Part shown: positions 50,055 to 63,614 of the stretch, one piece after another
How the letters are laid out: each line of letters opens with the position of its first letter
Position numbering within the stretch: position 1 is the first letter of the stretch
Assembly (NCBI RefSeq): GCF_006345805.1
Contig: NC_042997.1
Coordinates: 165,168,001-165,232,000, forward strand
Reading direction: 5' to 3'
From: Octopus sinensis
Taxonomy: Eukaryota
Length of the DNA: 64,000 nucleotides
Translations under genes and position numbers: made by a program
Notes under the pieces: model-generated
Databases searched by the model: none
What the model saw: the letters and a program-made list of their open reading frames with translations, nothing else
Told to the model about the DNA's origin: nothing

Positions 50055-50595
50055 TTCAAAGAGGCTACAAAGAATCTTCTGCAGAGTTTCTCTACTGTCA
50101 TCTAAATAGCTTGAGTAAGTTCGAGGCTATGGTAAAAGGTACTTGCTTCAAAGTGACTTGCAGCAGGATCGAAACTGGAATGCTGTGGTTGCTAAACAAT
50201 GGTCTTAGTTAAAAGTCCATGCCTGCTGACGTCAGAACTTTTTGTCAACGATTCAGTGGAATTAAGAGATGTGTAGTTGCGTTGCTTTATTACTGTTGTA
50301 CTTCAGTCGTGGCAGATCATCTGCAAAGGAAAAATATGAAGTATACTTAAATTTAAGAAGATCGTTGCTCACTTCAGTTGACTAGGTATGACAATAAGCT
50401 CCACTAGAGATCAAAGACAGTGCCAATTAGTTGGCATTATAAATACATACATACATTCAGGCATACACACACACATACACACACACACACACACACACTC
50501 ACACACACACATACACACACATATATATATTCAACTACAGTTATATACGTATAAATTATGTAAATATATACCGAATACTATAGACATATTTACAT

Positions 50596-51776
50596 TGCGA
50601 AAAGATCTCAGAATTTTAATTGATTTGCTTTTCGCGGGAAGGAAGTTTTCTTCGAAGTATACGTCTCGCTTTTATCCTTCGAAACGTTTAGTAGATGAAA
50701 CCTTAGCGACTGAAGAAGGGGATTTTTCGTTGTGCTTATTGTCCTGTATCTCTCTTTTTTTTTTGCTTGTCTTGTTCCTTGGTTTGTGTCTATGTGTTTC
50801 GTCTCTCTATGTGTTCGACGTCTTTTTGGTGTCCTGTACACATATATGCGTGTATATGTACATGTAGAGGTAGGTACGTACATATATGTTTATATATATG
50901 CATATGTTCTATTTTATTAACATATTATACGACTAAACGCACGCACCCTATTAAGTAAGATTGTTCTGTTTATCAAGTTAGCCTGATATTAACTCTCACG
51001 CGACTCTGCATCTTTCTTTCTTTCTCTCCCATTCCTTTTTCGTCTTTTTTTCCCTCACTTAACTTGTCTCTTCCTCTCTCTCTCTCTCATTCTTTCTTCT
51101 CTCTCCCTTCACCATTCTTCATGGTCTCCTCGCACCATTCCCCTTCTTCCTCTCTCTCCTCTTGCTCCTCCTCCCCCATTCCCGTCGTCCATCTGCGACG
51201 ATACTTCCGTCGTAACTGCTATCCTGTCCTTTCTCGCCCGCCTTCTAAGGCTACTGGTCGACTATTTTCTCTCTCTCGTCGTCCACGATAATCCAGCGTT
51301 TGCAATACTTTTTTCGTCTGGCGTTAACAGCCCTTCTTATCTTGTTCTCCTTGTCCTGTCTCTCACTGTTTATTTTTATTTTTCCACTGTTTATATATAT
51401 ATTTTTACTGTTTATATGTTTGTACTGTCGTTACCGTCTTGCTTTTTTTACCCCTCTGCGAAAAGATCTCAGAATTTTAATTGATTTGCTTTTCGCGGGA
51501 AGGAAGTTTTCTTCGAAGTATACGTCTCGCTTTTATCCTTCTAAACGTTTAGTAGATGAAACCTTAGCGACTGAAGAAGGGGATTTTTCGTTGTGCTTAT
51601 TGTCCTGTATCTCTCTTTTTTTTGCTTGTCTTGTTCCTTGGTTTGTGTCTATGTGTTTCGTCTCTCTATGTGTTCGACGTCTTTTTGGTGTCCTGTACAC
51701 ATATATGCGTGTATATGTACATGTAGAGGTAGGTACGTACATATATGTTTATATATATGCATATGTTCTATTTATT

Positions 51777-51783
<7 letters not shown>
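50596..51783. mobile_element. Two ~327-bp direct repeats (50596-50923, 51457-51783) flanking a ~530-bp pyrimidine-rich spacer; LTR/pseudo-LTR-like
   Basis: Offset 861 bp (duplicate ORFs at 50732 and 51593); near identical. Confidence 0.7.
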
Positions 51784-51852
<69 letters not shown>

Positions 51853-52703
51853 CTCTGTATGTGTGTATCTGTGTATGGGCGTGCATGTTGTGTTTTGTGT
51901 GATTGTGGCATTATCATAATTCCTCGCTCTTCTCATGAATAAGCTGAACGAAGTGTTTAGAATTATAAAGAATTGAAACTTTAGCTAACTACAATTATTT
52001 CAATACAACCATTTCTGTAGCAGACTCTCAGAGGATTTCAGTTTGACTGTAGTGCACCTGAATGATTTAATCCTCCAACCGATTTAACACTTTCACCTGA
52101 CCCTGCATTTTCGGGACGGAGGCCTAGGTACAGGAGGAGGCAGCTGAGCACATAGTCCTCATATACTCTTACAGAGTGGTAACATCATTGTGAAAAGGTT
52201 TCTCTTATACAGCTGCAAGTCAACACTTTATAAAAAAACAACAAAAAAAAAACGCAGAGGAGTTCCAGATAGCCAACATCACTGAAGAAGAAGGACTGGT
52301 TGTATAGGTTACTGTGTACCATAGTGTGGACAACATTAAGTTTGACGGGGATAGGATTGGGGTGAGTGAGCAGCGAATACTTGAATGAAATGTTATATGA
52401 CCAACCAGCTCTTAAGAGTAGAATCCATTGTAGTTGCGGTAGAAAAGGTGGAGATGGAAGACAACAAAACCGAGGGCCAAGTGTCGAAAATGTGATTTTT
52501 TTCCTATTTGGTACTTCATCGTCTTATACATGAAAAGAGGTATATATATATATATTTTTTCAAATTTCAAAAGCGGTAAATAAAAGTTGTTGAGGAAGGA
52601 ACAGAGCTACGAAAAATAATGAAACATTACGGTAAAAATATTTTACTTGTTAATTCAAATAACATTTGAAAGAAACGAACGAATTTTTCTGAACAACTTA
52701 GTA

Positions 52704-53415
52704 TACGAAGTGGTATCGAAACGTTCCCGGACTAGCTCTTTAGCGCGCCAGCAGATGGCAGCACGCGGTTGAGCGTGCAGTGAGAGCCAGCCTGACTTTC
52801 ATGAGGCAGTGTGCCAAGTGACATCGCTGTGCTTACTTCGCAAGTTGTGAAATTTGTGTTTTTGTGATCACATGTATGCTGCAGTCTGCAATTTTGTCAT
52901 GGACAGGAACAAAGGACCAACATGAAATTTTGCGTTAACCATGGGAATTTTGCAACAAAGACATTGAAGCGTTTGAAGAAGGACATCCGGCGAAAGCGAC
53001 CGGATCTGTGGAGTGCAAAGAATCGGATTCTTCACGACGACAATGCACCTTGTCACCGAGCTCTACTCACTCGTGAGTTTCTCGCCAAAAAACAACATGG
53101 TATTGTTTCCGCATCCGTCCTATTCGCCAGATATATATTACCAGCGGACCTCCATCTTTTCCCCCAAGATGGAAATGCGGCTCAAAGGTAACCGTTTTAA
53201 CACTGTTGTCGAGATCAAGAGCAAATTGTAGAAGGTCTTCGACTCGCTTACGGAATGCGACTTCCAGATTGGATTCTAAAAGTGGCTGGAACCCTGGGAC
53301 CGGTGTATTGCTGCGCAAAGTGATTATTTCGAAGGAGATGGTGTTAAAACTTAGGCAAATAAGTTAGTTTTTATTAAACATAATTAGTCCGGGAACTTTT
53401 TGACACCACCTCGTA
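52704..53415 (+). mobile_element. Internally deleted mariner with both TIRs
   Basis: TIRs TACGAAGTGGTATCGAAACGTTCCCGGACTA / TAGTCCGGGAACTTTTTGACACCACCTCGTA. Residual LKRLKKDIRRKRPDLW..ILHDDNAPCH, HPSYSPD and LFPKMEMRLKGNRF. Confidence 0.9.
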
Positions 53416-53549
53416 TATCTGTCTATTTGTGTATGCATGTATGTCTCTATGCATTTACGTGTATGTGTGTGCTCGTGTGGGGGTGGGTATACAGTGTGTG
53501 GACATGCGTATGTGTGTATATATATATATATATACATAGGAATTTTTTG

Positions 53550-54070
53550 CGTAATAAGATAAAAACCAAAGCTGTGTAGATATTAGAGCATTTATAGATA
53601 GAAGGTCTTACAGCTGTTTCTAGGATATTTATTAATTATATCCCTTCATCGGAGACGGTGTGAGAGGATGGTTAAGTCATAGTTAGTTTAGATGTGTTAC
53701 AAAATAGAGAGTGAGGTGGAGGAAAGAAAATAGATGCTAGATATGTATGGATATTGAAGTTATAAATCCATTTTTTTAGGCATAATGGTATATATGCAAT
53801 ATTCCAATATCCTATGAGTAAAGTCCAAAAGTCCAACATATATATATGTAATAGATCTGAGATCCAGTTGTGTTTCCTCAGGTGTTGTCTCCGTTAGTTT
53901 AAAATCGCATCCGTCCGTCTTGGTTTGAATTTTGTAACTGTTGGTAGATTCATGTTGGACTGCTATGAGTGGTAGAGGTGGCTGTTTTGGTACCGGTTGA
54001 TCACTGACATGTTCTTCATGGTTGGCTACACATGCTAATTTTGTTAGCTGACTTTTAGTATTCGGTGGTC
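53550..54070 (-). mobile_element. Penelope-like 3' end relic with minimal hammerhead-like motif (53605-53656)
   Basis: Minus strand GTCT-CCGATGA-A-GGGATAT(aattaataa)ATATCCT-A-GAAA-C(AGCT)G-TA-AGAC, with palindromic ACAGCTGT stem III. The upstream minus ORF 53760-54104 is only weakly suggestive of a GIY-YIG C-terminus. Confidence 0.45.
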
Positions 54071-54204
54071 GGATATATACACACATACACACACAGAGAC
54101 TCACTCACGCCCTCTAACACACAAACAAACCTATGTATATGTGCCTATATACACACAGATACGCTCACATATACATACACATACATTCACGTACGCTTAT
54201 ATAC

Positions 54205-54465
54205 ATTCTTTTAGTCATTTGACTGCGACCTTGCTGGAGCACTGACTTTCGTCGAAGAAATCGACCCTGGGATTTATTCTTTGTAAGCCTAGTACTTATT
54301 CTATCGGTCTCTTTTGCCGAACCTCTAAATTACGGGGACGTAAACATACCAACATCGGTTGTCAAGCGATGGTGGGGGACAAACACAGACATACAAACAC
54401 ACACAAACGCACACACACACACACACACACACATATATCTTTCAGTTTCCGTCTACCAAATCCAT
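54205..54465 (-). mobile_element. SINE family B, 3' portion
   Basis: TAGTCATTTGACTGCG.CC.TGCTGGAGCAC..CTTTTGCCGAACC..AAATTACGGGGACGTAAACA..(CA)n..TTTCAGTTTCCGTCTACCAAATCC. Confidence 0.8.
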
Positions 54466-54922
54466 TGGTTAGTAACCCTAACTCTCACACTATCACTCCC
54501 ATATATGCAAATATGCTTTGAAGTCGAATATTCTAAATTAACGGAGACAATACTTGAATATCCCCTGAGGAAATACAACTGGATCTCATTCTGCAAACAA
54601 ACAGTTGCATAATCAAATACCTGTATTTTTGGAGAACCACATTGAGTGGAAACAATTGCAGTGATTAAAAAATAACTGCCCGACTGCAGCAGCACTCGGT
54701 TGGTACTAATTTAAACTTCAAAGAGTCAGTTAATAGTATTAAACCGGAGGCCGGATTAAGTCTGCCAGTGACAAACAAGTACAGTCCATCATTTTCTCAT
54801 TCAGATATGGTTGCAAATTGCCGCTTGGTATTTGTTTAACTTTCACTCAAAGCAAAGATAATTTTGTTAACCAGAAGACATTTCTTTCTCCTTATACATA
54901 ACATATTAAAGTATACCACTCA

Positions 54923-54969
<47 letters not shown>

Positions 54970-55971
54970 TACATATACGCATGCACGCGTGCGCACACAC
55001 ACATACATACATACATACATACATACATACATACATACATACATACATACATACGTACGTACATACATACCCTGTTAATGTTGTTGAAATTCCAATGAAG
55101 GAGCCTTAGATCTAGGTTAGAATTCGACTCTTTCTCTATTGGCAAGAAATCTTGAAATTAAACTGAACAGTGACATAGTGCACTGAAAGCTTTAATTTCT
55201 TCGGATAATGTTTTAAGCGTCGTAGATTAACAATTTTGAAAAAAAAAACTTGGGTTTCTCACTACACAGTAGTTTGTGGACATAATAAATCATAAAGATT
55301 ATTTTATTTACAACATAACTTTTATTACTTTTATAACATTAAAAATCAGTGTCACGTAGTAAATTATATGAATTGATATCAAACGATACTGAGATGAGGT
55401 ACAGCTGCGTATATCTACTGAGCAACCATTAAAAGGTTTCTGTTTGATAAGTAATTAAGTAACTTAAATGATAGGGCACTTCAAATTTGTACAGATTAGG
55501 GTCCAAATGCTACCTGTCTATCATTTTTATCTTTCTTTATCTCTCAGCCCTTCTCAAGTCTCGCTCCTTTAGTCCATAAATCTGGTAACCCATGTGTCTA
55601 TTTTTACCCCTTTATTTATTTTGCTTCCACTCCCTTCCTCTCCCTGTCTTGATTCCTTCGTATAAAAACATATACGAACGAACTTATACACTAATATTAC
55701 TTACAGTTATTTATTATACCAATCGTTCTTACGGAAAGTAAAGAGCTAGAGTAGATGTGTTATGGAATCTACTTTGTTGCCTCAAATTTCTGAGCTTGAA
55801 TCTATTGCTTTGTTCGATGCTGCTTTTCATGAATCTTTGCTTCATGCAAGACTGCATCAGTGATACATTGGTGTTTGTTTGTATCGCTACACCTCTCTAT
55901 AACCAACCTATTTACAAAACTAAATGTTTTCCCTGTTTTATTTTACATTTGCAAGGACTTATATATTTTTT

Positions 55972-56194
55972 TACTGCCCACAAGGAGGTAAACACAGAGG
56001 GGACAATCAAGGACAGACAAACGGATTAAGTCGATTACATCGACCCCAGTGCGTAACTGGTACTTAATTTATCGACCCCGAAAAGATGAAAGGCAAAGTC
56101 GACCTCTGCTGAATTTGAACTCAGAACGTAACGGCAGACGAAATACGGCTATGCATTTCGGCCGGCGTGCTAACGTTTCTGCCAGCTCGCCGCC
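55972..56194 (-). mobile_element. SINE family A
   Basis: ATCGACCCCGAAAAGATGAAAGGCAAAGTCGACCTC..TAACGTTTCTGCCAGCTCGCC. Confidence 0.85.
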
Positions 56195-57206
56195 TTTTGC
56201 AAGAACATATAGTGGTGCATCTCTTGATAGTGTTGTTGTTGATGCCAGCCTTTGTTCAGCAGACTATAGGCGATCATCTTGAGTTTTACTATTCCAAGGA
56301 CTTCATTGTTCAGCAAGTCATTATTTATTTGCGATGTCTGGGAGTAATTTGAGAAAAACTTGGCTGCTTATTTGATGCAAGTCGAGCGACTGCATGGGAT
56401 TTACTCCATTGACTCATGTTGTTGTTGTTGTTGTTGTTGTCATTGTCATTATTGTTGTGGTTCAGCTTCACGTCAGCTTTACATGGTATCATCTATACAG
56501 ACACAGTTTTGTTGTTGTTTAATCCCAGGTCAACCTTGGTCAACCAGAACAATGAGAAAAGGCATTCTAGCTCTTCTAATACCATCTTTTTTATTCCAAA
56601 CACTTTTTCACCTGCCCCTACCTTTTCCAAGACAGCGGGGTATTATTTGAGAGAGATTTGGCTGTCATTTCTATACAGCAATCCCGTTGCTGGCCATGCA
56701 ATACAGTAATATCGAACTGTATTTCATTTAACAGCTGACGTTCTAAAGCGGCTGAATGGTGATGCCTGTAGCCTTTACAGAGAGGTATGATATCAGAATG
56801 AAATTTATGAATGAAATTAGTGTAGTTTGAGAGAAAAAGGTGTTAGTGGTGAAAAAACATATGATTAGGTTAGTAAATTCCAGAAATAGGAAATTCTGAG
56901 AAAGATGGGTAGTGCATACTGCTTAGCGAATAATCTAAACATCGCAATAAAACGAAAAGAATAAAATGTGGAGCTGTATGCTCAACAGATATAGATATAA
57001 GGATAGTAATAGCATTTGTTAAAAGTGCAGGAACTTACAGAAACAACAATTCGGTTAAACACTGTAAAACTTTATACTGAACTGACCCTTTCTGAAAAAA
57101 AAAAGCCAGTGATTATATTTGTTTAAAATATGTTTAGATAAGAATGATAAAAAAGAAAAAGAAAAGTCAAAACGTAAATTTGAAGATGCGGAAAATGGAG
57201 TGAGTG

Positions 57207-57283
<77 letters not shown>

Positions 57284-58089
57284 GTGTGTGTGTGTGACGC
57301 ATGCATTGTCCGCGAATGTGTGTTTGACTATTTGTGAATGGTTATGTGTAAATATAATTTCAGCGAATCATGTTAGCATTCGGTGCGTATTTAATATTTA
57401 GTTTGAACTGAATGTATACGTAAGATAATGGATTCATACATGCTTGAGTTGGTGCTCAATGGACCCAATAAGACTGAATGCATCAATTCCAGCAAGTTGC
57501 AGAAAGCTTAAACCTGCACAGAGTTGTCTTGTTGATAAAGAAAATGGGAGAATCATGTTTAATTCACTTAACGGGCTTTAAGCGAAATGTGTGACGAAAG
57601 ACAACTATATCTTGGCGCCATATTCAATTCTGTAAACATTGATAAAAAACAAAGTAGAAACCACCACCACTATAGTAACAATAATATAACTACTAGAAGT
57701 TTTTTTCTGAATTTTTATAGACTGATGAACACGGACTAATGTCCGCATCTTGATTCTAACAGTGGCAATGTTTCAGTTATTGTACCCTTCTTCAGATACT
57801 GTTGGTATTCAGTAACTTTCTCAGTATGTTTAACTTAGCATCTTTATTCAAACTACGGGGAAATATTATTCTCATTCTTTTGTCCATACCAAAGACATTT
57901 TCCTATTAGTTATTATTTTGCTTGTGACGTCACTTAAACTAGAATATATATTACCTGACCGACCCTGGTATTGAGCTTACATCCATTACCTAAATTACTT
58001 CACTTAATACTTGACATTTAGCATTTAATCAATGGGATAGATAAGATGCGTGTTAATAGAGTTTCAGGTGTTTGTTTTGTGTAGCGATT

Positions 58090-58300
58090 TAGCTTGTGGA
58101 TATGAGTTCGATCCTTGAGGTGGTCAAGCAATATATACGTTGGGGTTTTAAGCGTAAAGAGTGGTGCGTTGTGTTCTTGAACCAAACACTCTGTTTTTCA
58201 TTACTCCAGTCCACCCAGCAGTAAATTTGTTCCAACAATAGCGGAAAGTAAACCCTACGATGGACTGGCGGCCTCTTCAGGAGAGTATGTGGTAATCTCA
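58090..58300 (-). mobile_element. SINE family C-related fragment
   Basis: GTGTTCTTGAACCAAACAC..ACTCCAGTCCACCCAGC; degraded, orientation less certain. Confidence 0.4.
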
Positions 58301-58314
58301 GCTGCTTATACGTC

Positions 58315-58655
58315 ATGGCTCACTGGTTAGAGCGCCAGGCTCACAATCATGCGGTACTAAATTCGATTCCCGGAGTGGACTGTGTGTTGTGTTCTTAAGC
58401 AAGACACTTCATTTCATGTTGCTCCAGTTCACTCAGCTGTAGAAATGAGTTGCGACGTCACAGGTGCCAAGTTGTATCAGCCTTTGTGTTTCCTTTGGAT
58501 AACATCGGTGGTATGAAGAGGGGAGGCTGGTATGCATGGGAAACAGCTGGTCTTCCATAAGTAATCCTGTCCGGACTTTTGCTTTGGAGGGTAACTTTCA
58601 AGGTGCAATCCCATGGTCATTCATGACTGAAGGGAATCTTTACTCTTACCCTTTA
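58315..58655 (+). mobile_element. tRNA-headed SINE (family C2)
   Basis: TGGCTCACTGGTTAGAGCG..TTCGATTCCCGG..AGCAAGACACTTCATTTCATGTTGCTCCAG..GGATAACATCGGTGG. Confidence 0.8.
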
Positions 58656-59369
58656 TACGCCATGGAGACCGAGATAAACTTCGGCTTAATAAAAAAAATA
58701 ATATAAGTTAAGCGTAAACAGCAAGTAACATTTCAAGTAGAATAATTGATACGAAAACATCCCTGGTATGGACAACGCAATAACAAAAATCTACTCCCGT
58801 AGACTTAATAGAAGGTGAGCTTCGAAGATCGTTGGAGGGTACGACAGTAGTGATACTATGACTATAACAACAAAGATGTAACCACTACTCCGAATTCCTG
58901 AAAGCTGGTAGGTAAATATTAATGACCTGAATGGACGCGGTATTTCGTTATGCAGCCATAATAGACTATACGGTATTTCGCGGTATTTGTAGGGACTTAT
59001 AGGTTGCATAATGAAATACCACGTTACCTACAAAGTCATTAATAAAACTACGAACATAATACTAACGAGTGTTTATTACACCAAACAAATGACAAATTTT
59101 GTGTGAGATTTTTTTTTTTTTTTTTTTGTCTTGATGAAAACTCCTAATTATGTAGAAAACTGTGAAGTTACAGAACGAAAATAGCATTTGATTTAATTTT
59201 ATAAACTATTGAATATTTTGCCGTGTTATTTGGTTAATGTCTGAAACCAACTCGGTCAGACTTCAATGAACAGTTTCATAAGAAGAGGAGGTTATCAAAG
59301 AACTCTTACAGATAATCACATTAGTTTATTAACTCTGTAGTTTTTCAAGTGTTGCAAAAGATAATGATG

Positions 59370-59775
59370 GTTTCAAAGTTTGGCACAAGGCTAGCAGTTC
59401 GTGGGAGGGGGTAGGTGGATTACATCGACCCCAGTGTTCAACTTGTACTTATTTTATCGACCCCTAAAAGATGAAAGTAAAATCGATCTCGGTAGAATTT
59501 GAACTCAGAACGTAGTGACTCTGAAGAAATATAGCAAGGCAGTTCGTCCGATACACTAACGATTCTACAGGCTCGCCGCCTTTAATAATCTTTACTAATA
59601 TAGGTACAAGGCCTGAAATTTTGGGGGAGGAGTCCAGTCGATTACATCGAGCCCCAGCGCTCGACTACATCAACCCCCAAGGGATGAAACGCAAAGTCGA
59701 CCTCGGAGGAATTTGAACTCAGAATTTAAAGAAGCCGAAGAAAGGTCGCTGAACATTTTTGTCCGGTGTGCTAAC
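59370..59775 (-). mobile_element. Two adjacent SINE family A copies (59370-59580, 59600-59775)
   Basis: Both contain ATCGACCCC..GATGAAA..AAAGTCGA..CTCGG.GAATTTGAACTCAGAA. Confidence 0.8.
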
Positions 59776-60061
59776 AAATAGCAACGATTGTTCTTGTTGA
59801 GAACACAAATCAGTTTCAGAAAAATCTGAATAAATTTTTGAAAAATAATAAAAAGGCTATGAAAAAATTAACTACAGTTTATGAGTTTCGAATATTTTAG
59901 TGATGCTTGTATATTTTTTAAAAATTTAAATCGTATGTGAGCAATTATCTTTGTTTATTAAACCATACTATATAATTTTTCACATTGTTGCATCGTGCTA
60001 GATCTATAAGTATTGGTTTTAAAATGCAACAACAGCAGCAGAGGCGGTGGCAGTGGTGATG

Positions 60062-60102
<41 letters not shown>

Positions 60103-60571
60103 TTATGTTGTTCAAACTTAGGTCAGGTCTGGCCTTAATCTATGAGTAAAAACGTACCTGCTGATGTACCCACCTTTATTATTTTAAATACACGGTTTAA
60201 GAGAGATTTGGCTGCTATATCCAGCACGTCGAGTGACCATGTTTCAGTCTCCTTGCAGGGAAACTTATACACAAGTTTCTAGTTTGTGTTTTTGTAGTTT
60301 AATCGCACGTTAATCCTGATGGAGATGAACGTTGATCAAAAGCCGCTCCAGCGTGACCAGAACTACATTGTCTGATATCTCTTTTCTTCATAAGACTAGA
60401 GTGACTAGAGTGGATTTGGCTGCTATTTCTAGTATGACGTTATCTTGTGTATGTGCAGCACTAAAGCTGTTATCGCCTTTCGTTTTCTGTAGATGTGTGT
60501 GTATGCGTGTGTACGTGCGTGTGTGCATGCATACACGCGCATGTGTGTGTGTGTGTGTGTGTGCGTGTGTA

Positions 60572-60640
<69 letters not shown>

Positions 60641-61064
60641 ATGCGTGTGTGCGTGCGTATGCATTTACATCTAATATTCGTGAGAGAAAAATACTGTTTC
60701 TCTGTCTTTATTTTAAATCAATTGTTTCACAACTAATTGACTTCGATTATGAGTGGCTGTAAACGCATTTGAAAGTATAATTCATCCAATATTTATTTGA
60801 CTCGCGTCAACCCCGTCGTCTCCATCAATTATTCAAGTCGTACACACGATCAAACAAACAACAAACTATCAAAAAACGACAAAATGTCTCACCTTCAATA
60901 ATTAACCAATCATGTACAACAATATTAACATTAAATTTAGTGCAACAGCTTTTCAACTTCATTGTAGTCTCACAGGACATAGCATAATGTTAATTCGTTT
61001 ACACGTTAGTAACACTCGGTGCAAACATACAGGTATGTTATTGGTATTTTACACATTTCTATAC

Positions 61065-61121
<57 letters not shown>

Positions 61122-61144
61122 GTTGTTGTTATTATTACTATTAA

Positions 61145-61520
61145 GACGGCGAGCTGGCAGAATCATTAGCACGTTGGACGAAATGCTTAGCGGCATTTCG
61201 CCTGTCGCTACGTTCTCAGTTCAAATTCCGCCCAGGCCGACTTTGTCTTTCATCCTTTCGGGGTCGATGAAATAAGTACCAGTTTAACACTTAGGTCAAT
61301 GTAATCGACTCATCCCCACCTCCCCCAAGATGCCCTTATGGCAAAAATTTGAAATAAGAATTATTATTATTGTTTTTACGAGGTTCAAATTCCGCCGAGG
61401 TCGACTTTGCCTTTCATCCTTTCGGGGTCGATAAATTAAGTACCAGTTGCGTACATGGGGTCGATCTAATTGACTACCCCCTCCCCCAAAATTTCGGGCC
61501 TTGTGCCTAGAGTAGAAAAG
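61145..61520 (+). mobile_element. Two SINE family A copies (61145-61345; 5'-truncated 61380-61520)
   Basis: GGCGAGCTGGCAGAATC..CCGACTTTG.CTTTCATCCTTTCGGGGTCGAT.AA.TAAGTACCAG. Confidence 0.85.
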
Positions 61521-61544
61521 GTTATTATTATTATTATTATTGAG

Positions 61545-62268
61545 TGAGAGAGCAGTTCATGCCATCTAAGTGACACTGGGGTAAAATATACGAAGCCCAA
61601 TATACCCATCATGACTACCCGTCTTATAAGGGTACACCAGGTACATGCATCACAACCATATGTGCGCGACATGGTGATCTCATATCAAGATAAATAGCGC
61701 ATGACCTTGCAGGTGGGGCCCAGTTAGAATTTTCTTCAGGTTGAGTAGCCCATCCCGCTCAAAAGGTCCCTGAATAAGAGTTGTTTAAGGATGTTGAAAG
61801 AACCACCCATGTTTCCAGAGGTGAATTATTCAAACCCCAAAGAATCCCTCTCAACACATGGCTATGATGCTCCCCCACTACTTCTGCTCGTGATCAGAGA
61901 TGCACATATCGTCAGCCACTAAGGAACATGCTCAACTGGTTAAGGTCAAACAACTGACAAGCAAATCTGTGGTATTGAGCAGAATATTTGCTGTAGCCCA
62001 TCTTTTATACCAAGACAAAACAATGTACATGATAACACTTCCAATCAGTTAAGATCAGAAGCCATGAGAGCCATTGCCTGGTATTGCATCAGGGCATCGT
62101 GGTATTGAGCAGAATATTTGCTGTAGCCCATCTTTTATACCAAGACAAAACAATGTACATGATAACACTTCCAATCAGTTAAGATCAGAAGCCATGGGAG
62201 CCACTGCCTGGTATTGCACCAGGGCATCGTGGTATTGCATCAGGGCATTGCCTGGTATTGCATCAAGG

Positions 62269-62319
<51 letters not shown>

Positions 62320-62320
62320 C
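61545..62320 (+). mobile_element. Interspersed repeat ending in (TTA)n, probably a LINE/SINE 3' region; contains a 131-bp tandem duplication
   Basis: Same 3' end as 15529-15677. GTGGTATTGAGCAGAATATTTGCTGTAGCCC occurs at ~61968 and ~62099. Confidence 0.65.
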
Positions 62321-62329
62321 ATCATCATC

Positions 62330-62365
<36 letters not shown>

Positions 62366-62390
62366 GTCATCATCATTATCATCATCATCT
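62268..62390. repeat. (TTA)n grading into (TCA)n
   Basis: Seen directly. Confidence 0.95.
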
Positions 62391-62711
62391 TTCACTTCTG
62401 TTTTCACTCATTGCCGAGTGTCTTTCTGACTCCTAGGGCAGAGAAACGCACTATATACATTGGTAGGCCATTAAAATAAACTGTTCATTTACAAAGTCAT
62501 ATGATAGGGCAAAAGGAGAAGAAAAACAGAGAGAAAAAGCAAAAATTTTTTAAAAATTAATAAACAATAAGAATAAAAGAGGAAAAGGGAAAAAAACCAC
62601 AGCGCCATGCTCTTCTCAGTACATGTGACACACCATTTAAGACAATCTTTTGCACTTCCCGCATGAATCATTCTTAAATAATTTTCAGTTCCTTTTTTTG
62701 TTCATTCCAAG

Positions 62712-62900
62712 TGCTTTGATGGTCCGGTCTGTACATACTGGGAAGTCCCAAAGAATCGTTACATTTTCTCCCTCAGTTACAGCCTCGTTGTGGTACTTGT
62801 ACCATTTGTCAAGAGTTTTGATTTTATATTGCTAACACATTATCCAATGTAGATATGTAGATATTAGATGCACACCATTTTCAGTAGCGCATATTCGGTA
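62712..62900 (-). mobile_element. R4/Dong-like (RLE-type non-LTR) ORF fragment
   Basis: Minus translation YLHWIMC*QYKIKTLDKWYKYH.EAVTEGENVTILWDFPVCTDRTIKA matches the WY.H.P..V.EN..V.ILWDF.I.TD..I.ANRPD region that precedes the REL endonuclease. Confidence 0.7.
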
Positions 62901-63542
62901 AAAGATTTTAACGAATTAAAGCATTTAGTATTGGCCCAACGTATATATAGGAGCCGGGTTGAATTATTGAGATATTTGAGGTAGGAGGAGTGCGTCCAAA
63001 GCATATAACATTTATATGTTGTTATAGTCAGTGTCTTTAGCCTGTGTGTTCATAGGCTCATCAAACAAATTATGGCTGGAGAGAGATTATTTATATACGA
63101 TATAGTTCTCCTGTCATAATGTGGAGGAAAAGATGCTGGTTGAAGGAAGAAAAAGATGGAAAAAAAAGCAGGAGAAAGAAGGAAACGGAAAAAGGGGTAT
63201 ATGGGATTCCTTTTTCTTTCCCAAAACATCAACCGGGTTTTTAACGTCTTTTTTTTCTTTCTTTCCTCCACCAACACCTCATTCTGTTACTTATAACAGG
63301 AATCTTATGTATATCAAATTTACCCATTTCTTCGTAGGCTGAAAAAGAAAAAGACAAAAACAGCCTAAATCGATTTTCAACCCTGTCTAATGACCCTGTG
63401 AACACAGAGGTACAATTCTAGAATAGCAAAAAAAAAAAAAAAACTTGACCAAAATGAGAATATTATTTACATTAGTACTGAATACTCTTTCTTCTGGCAA
63501 TCAACATTAAACGCGTGTGTGTGTGTGTGAATGTGTGTGTGT

Positions 63543-63614
<72 letters not shown>

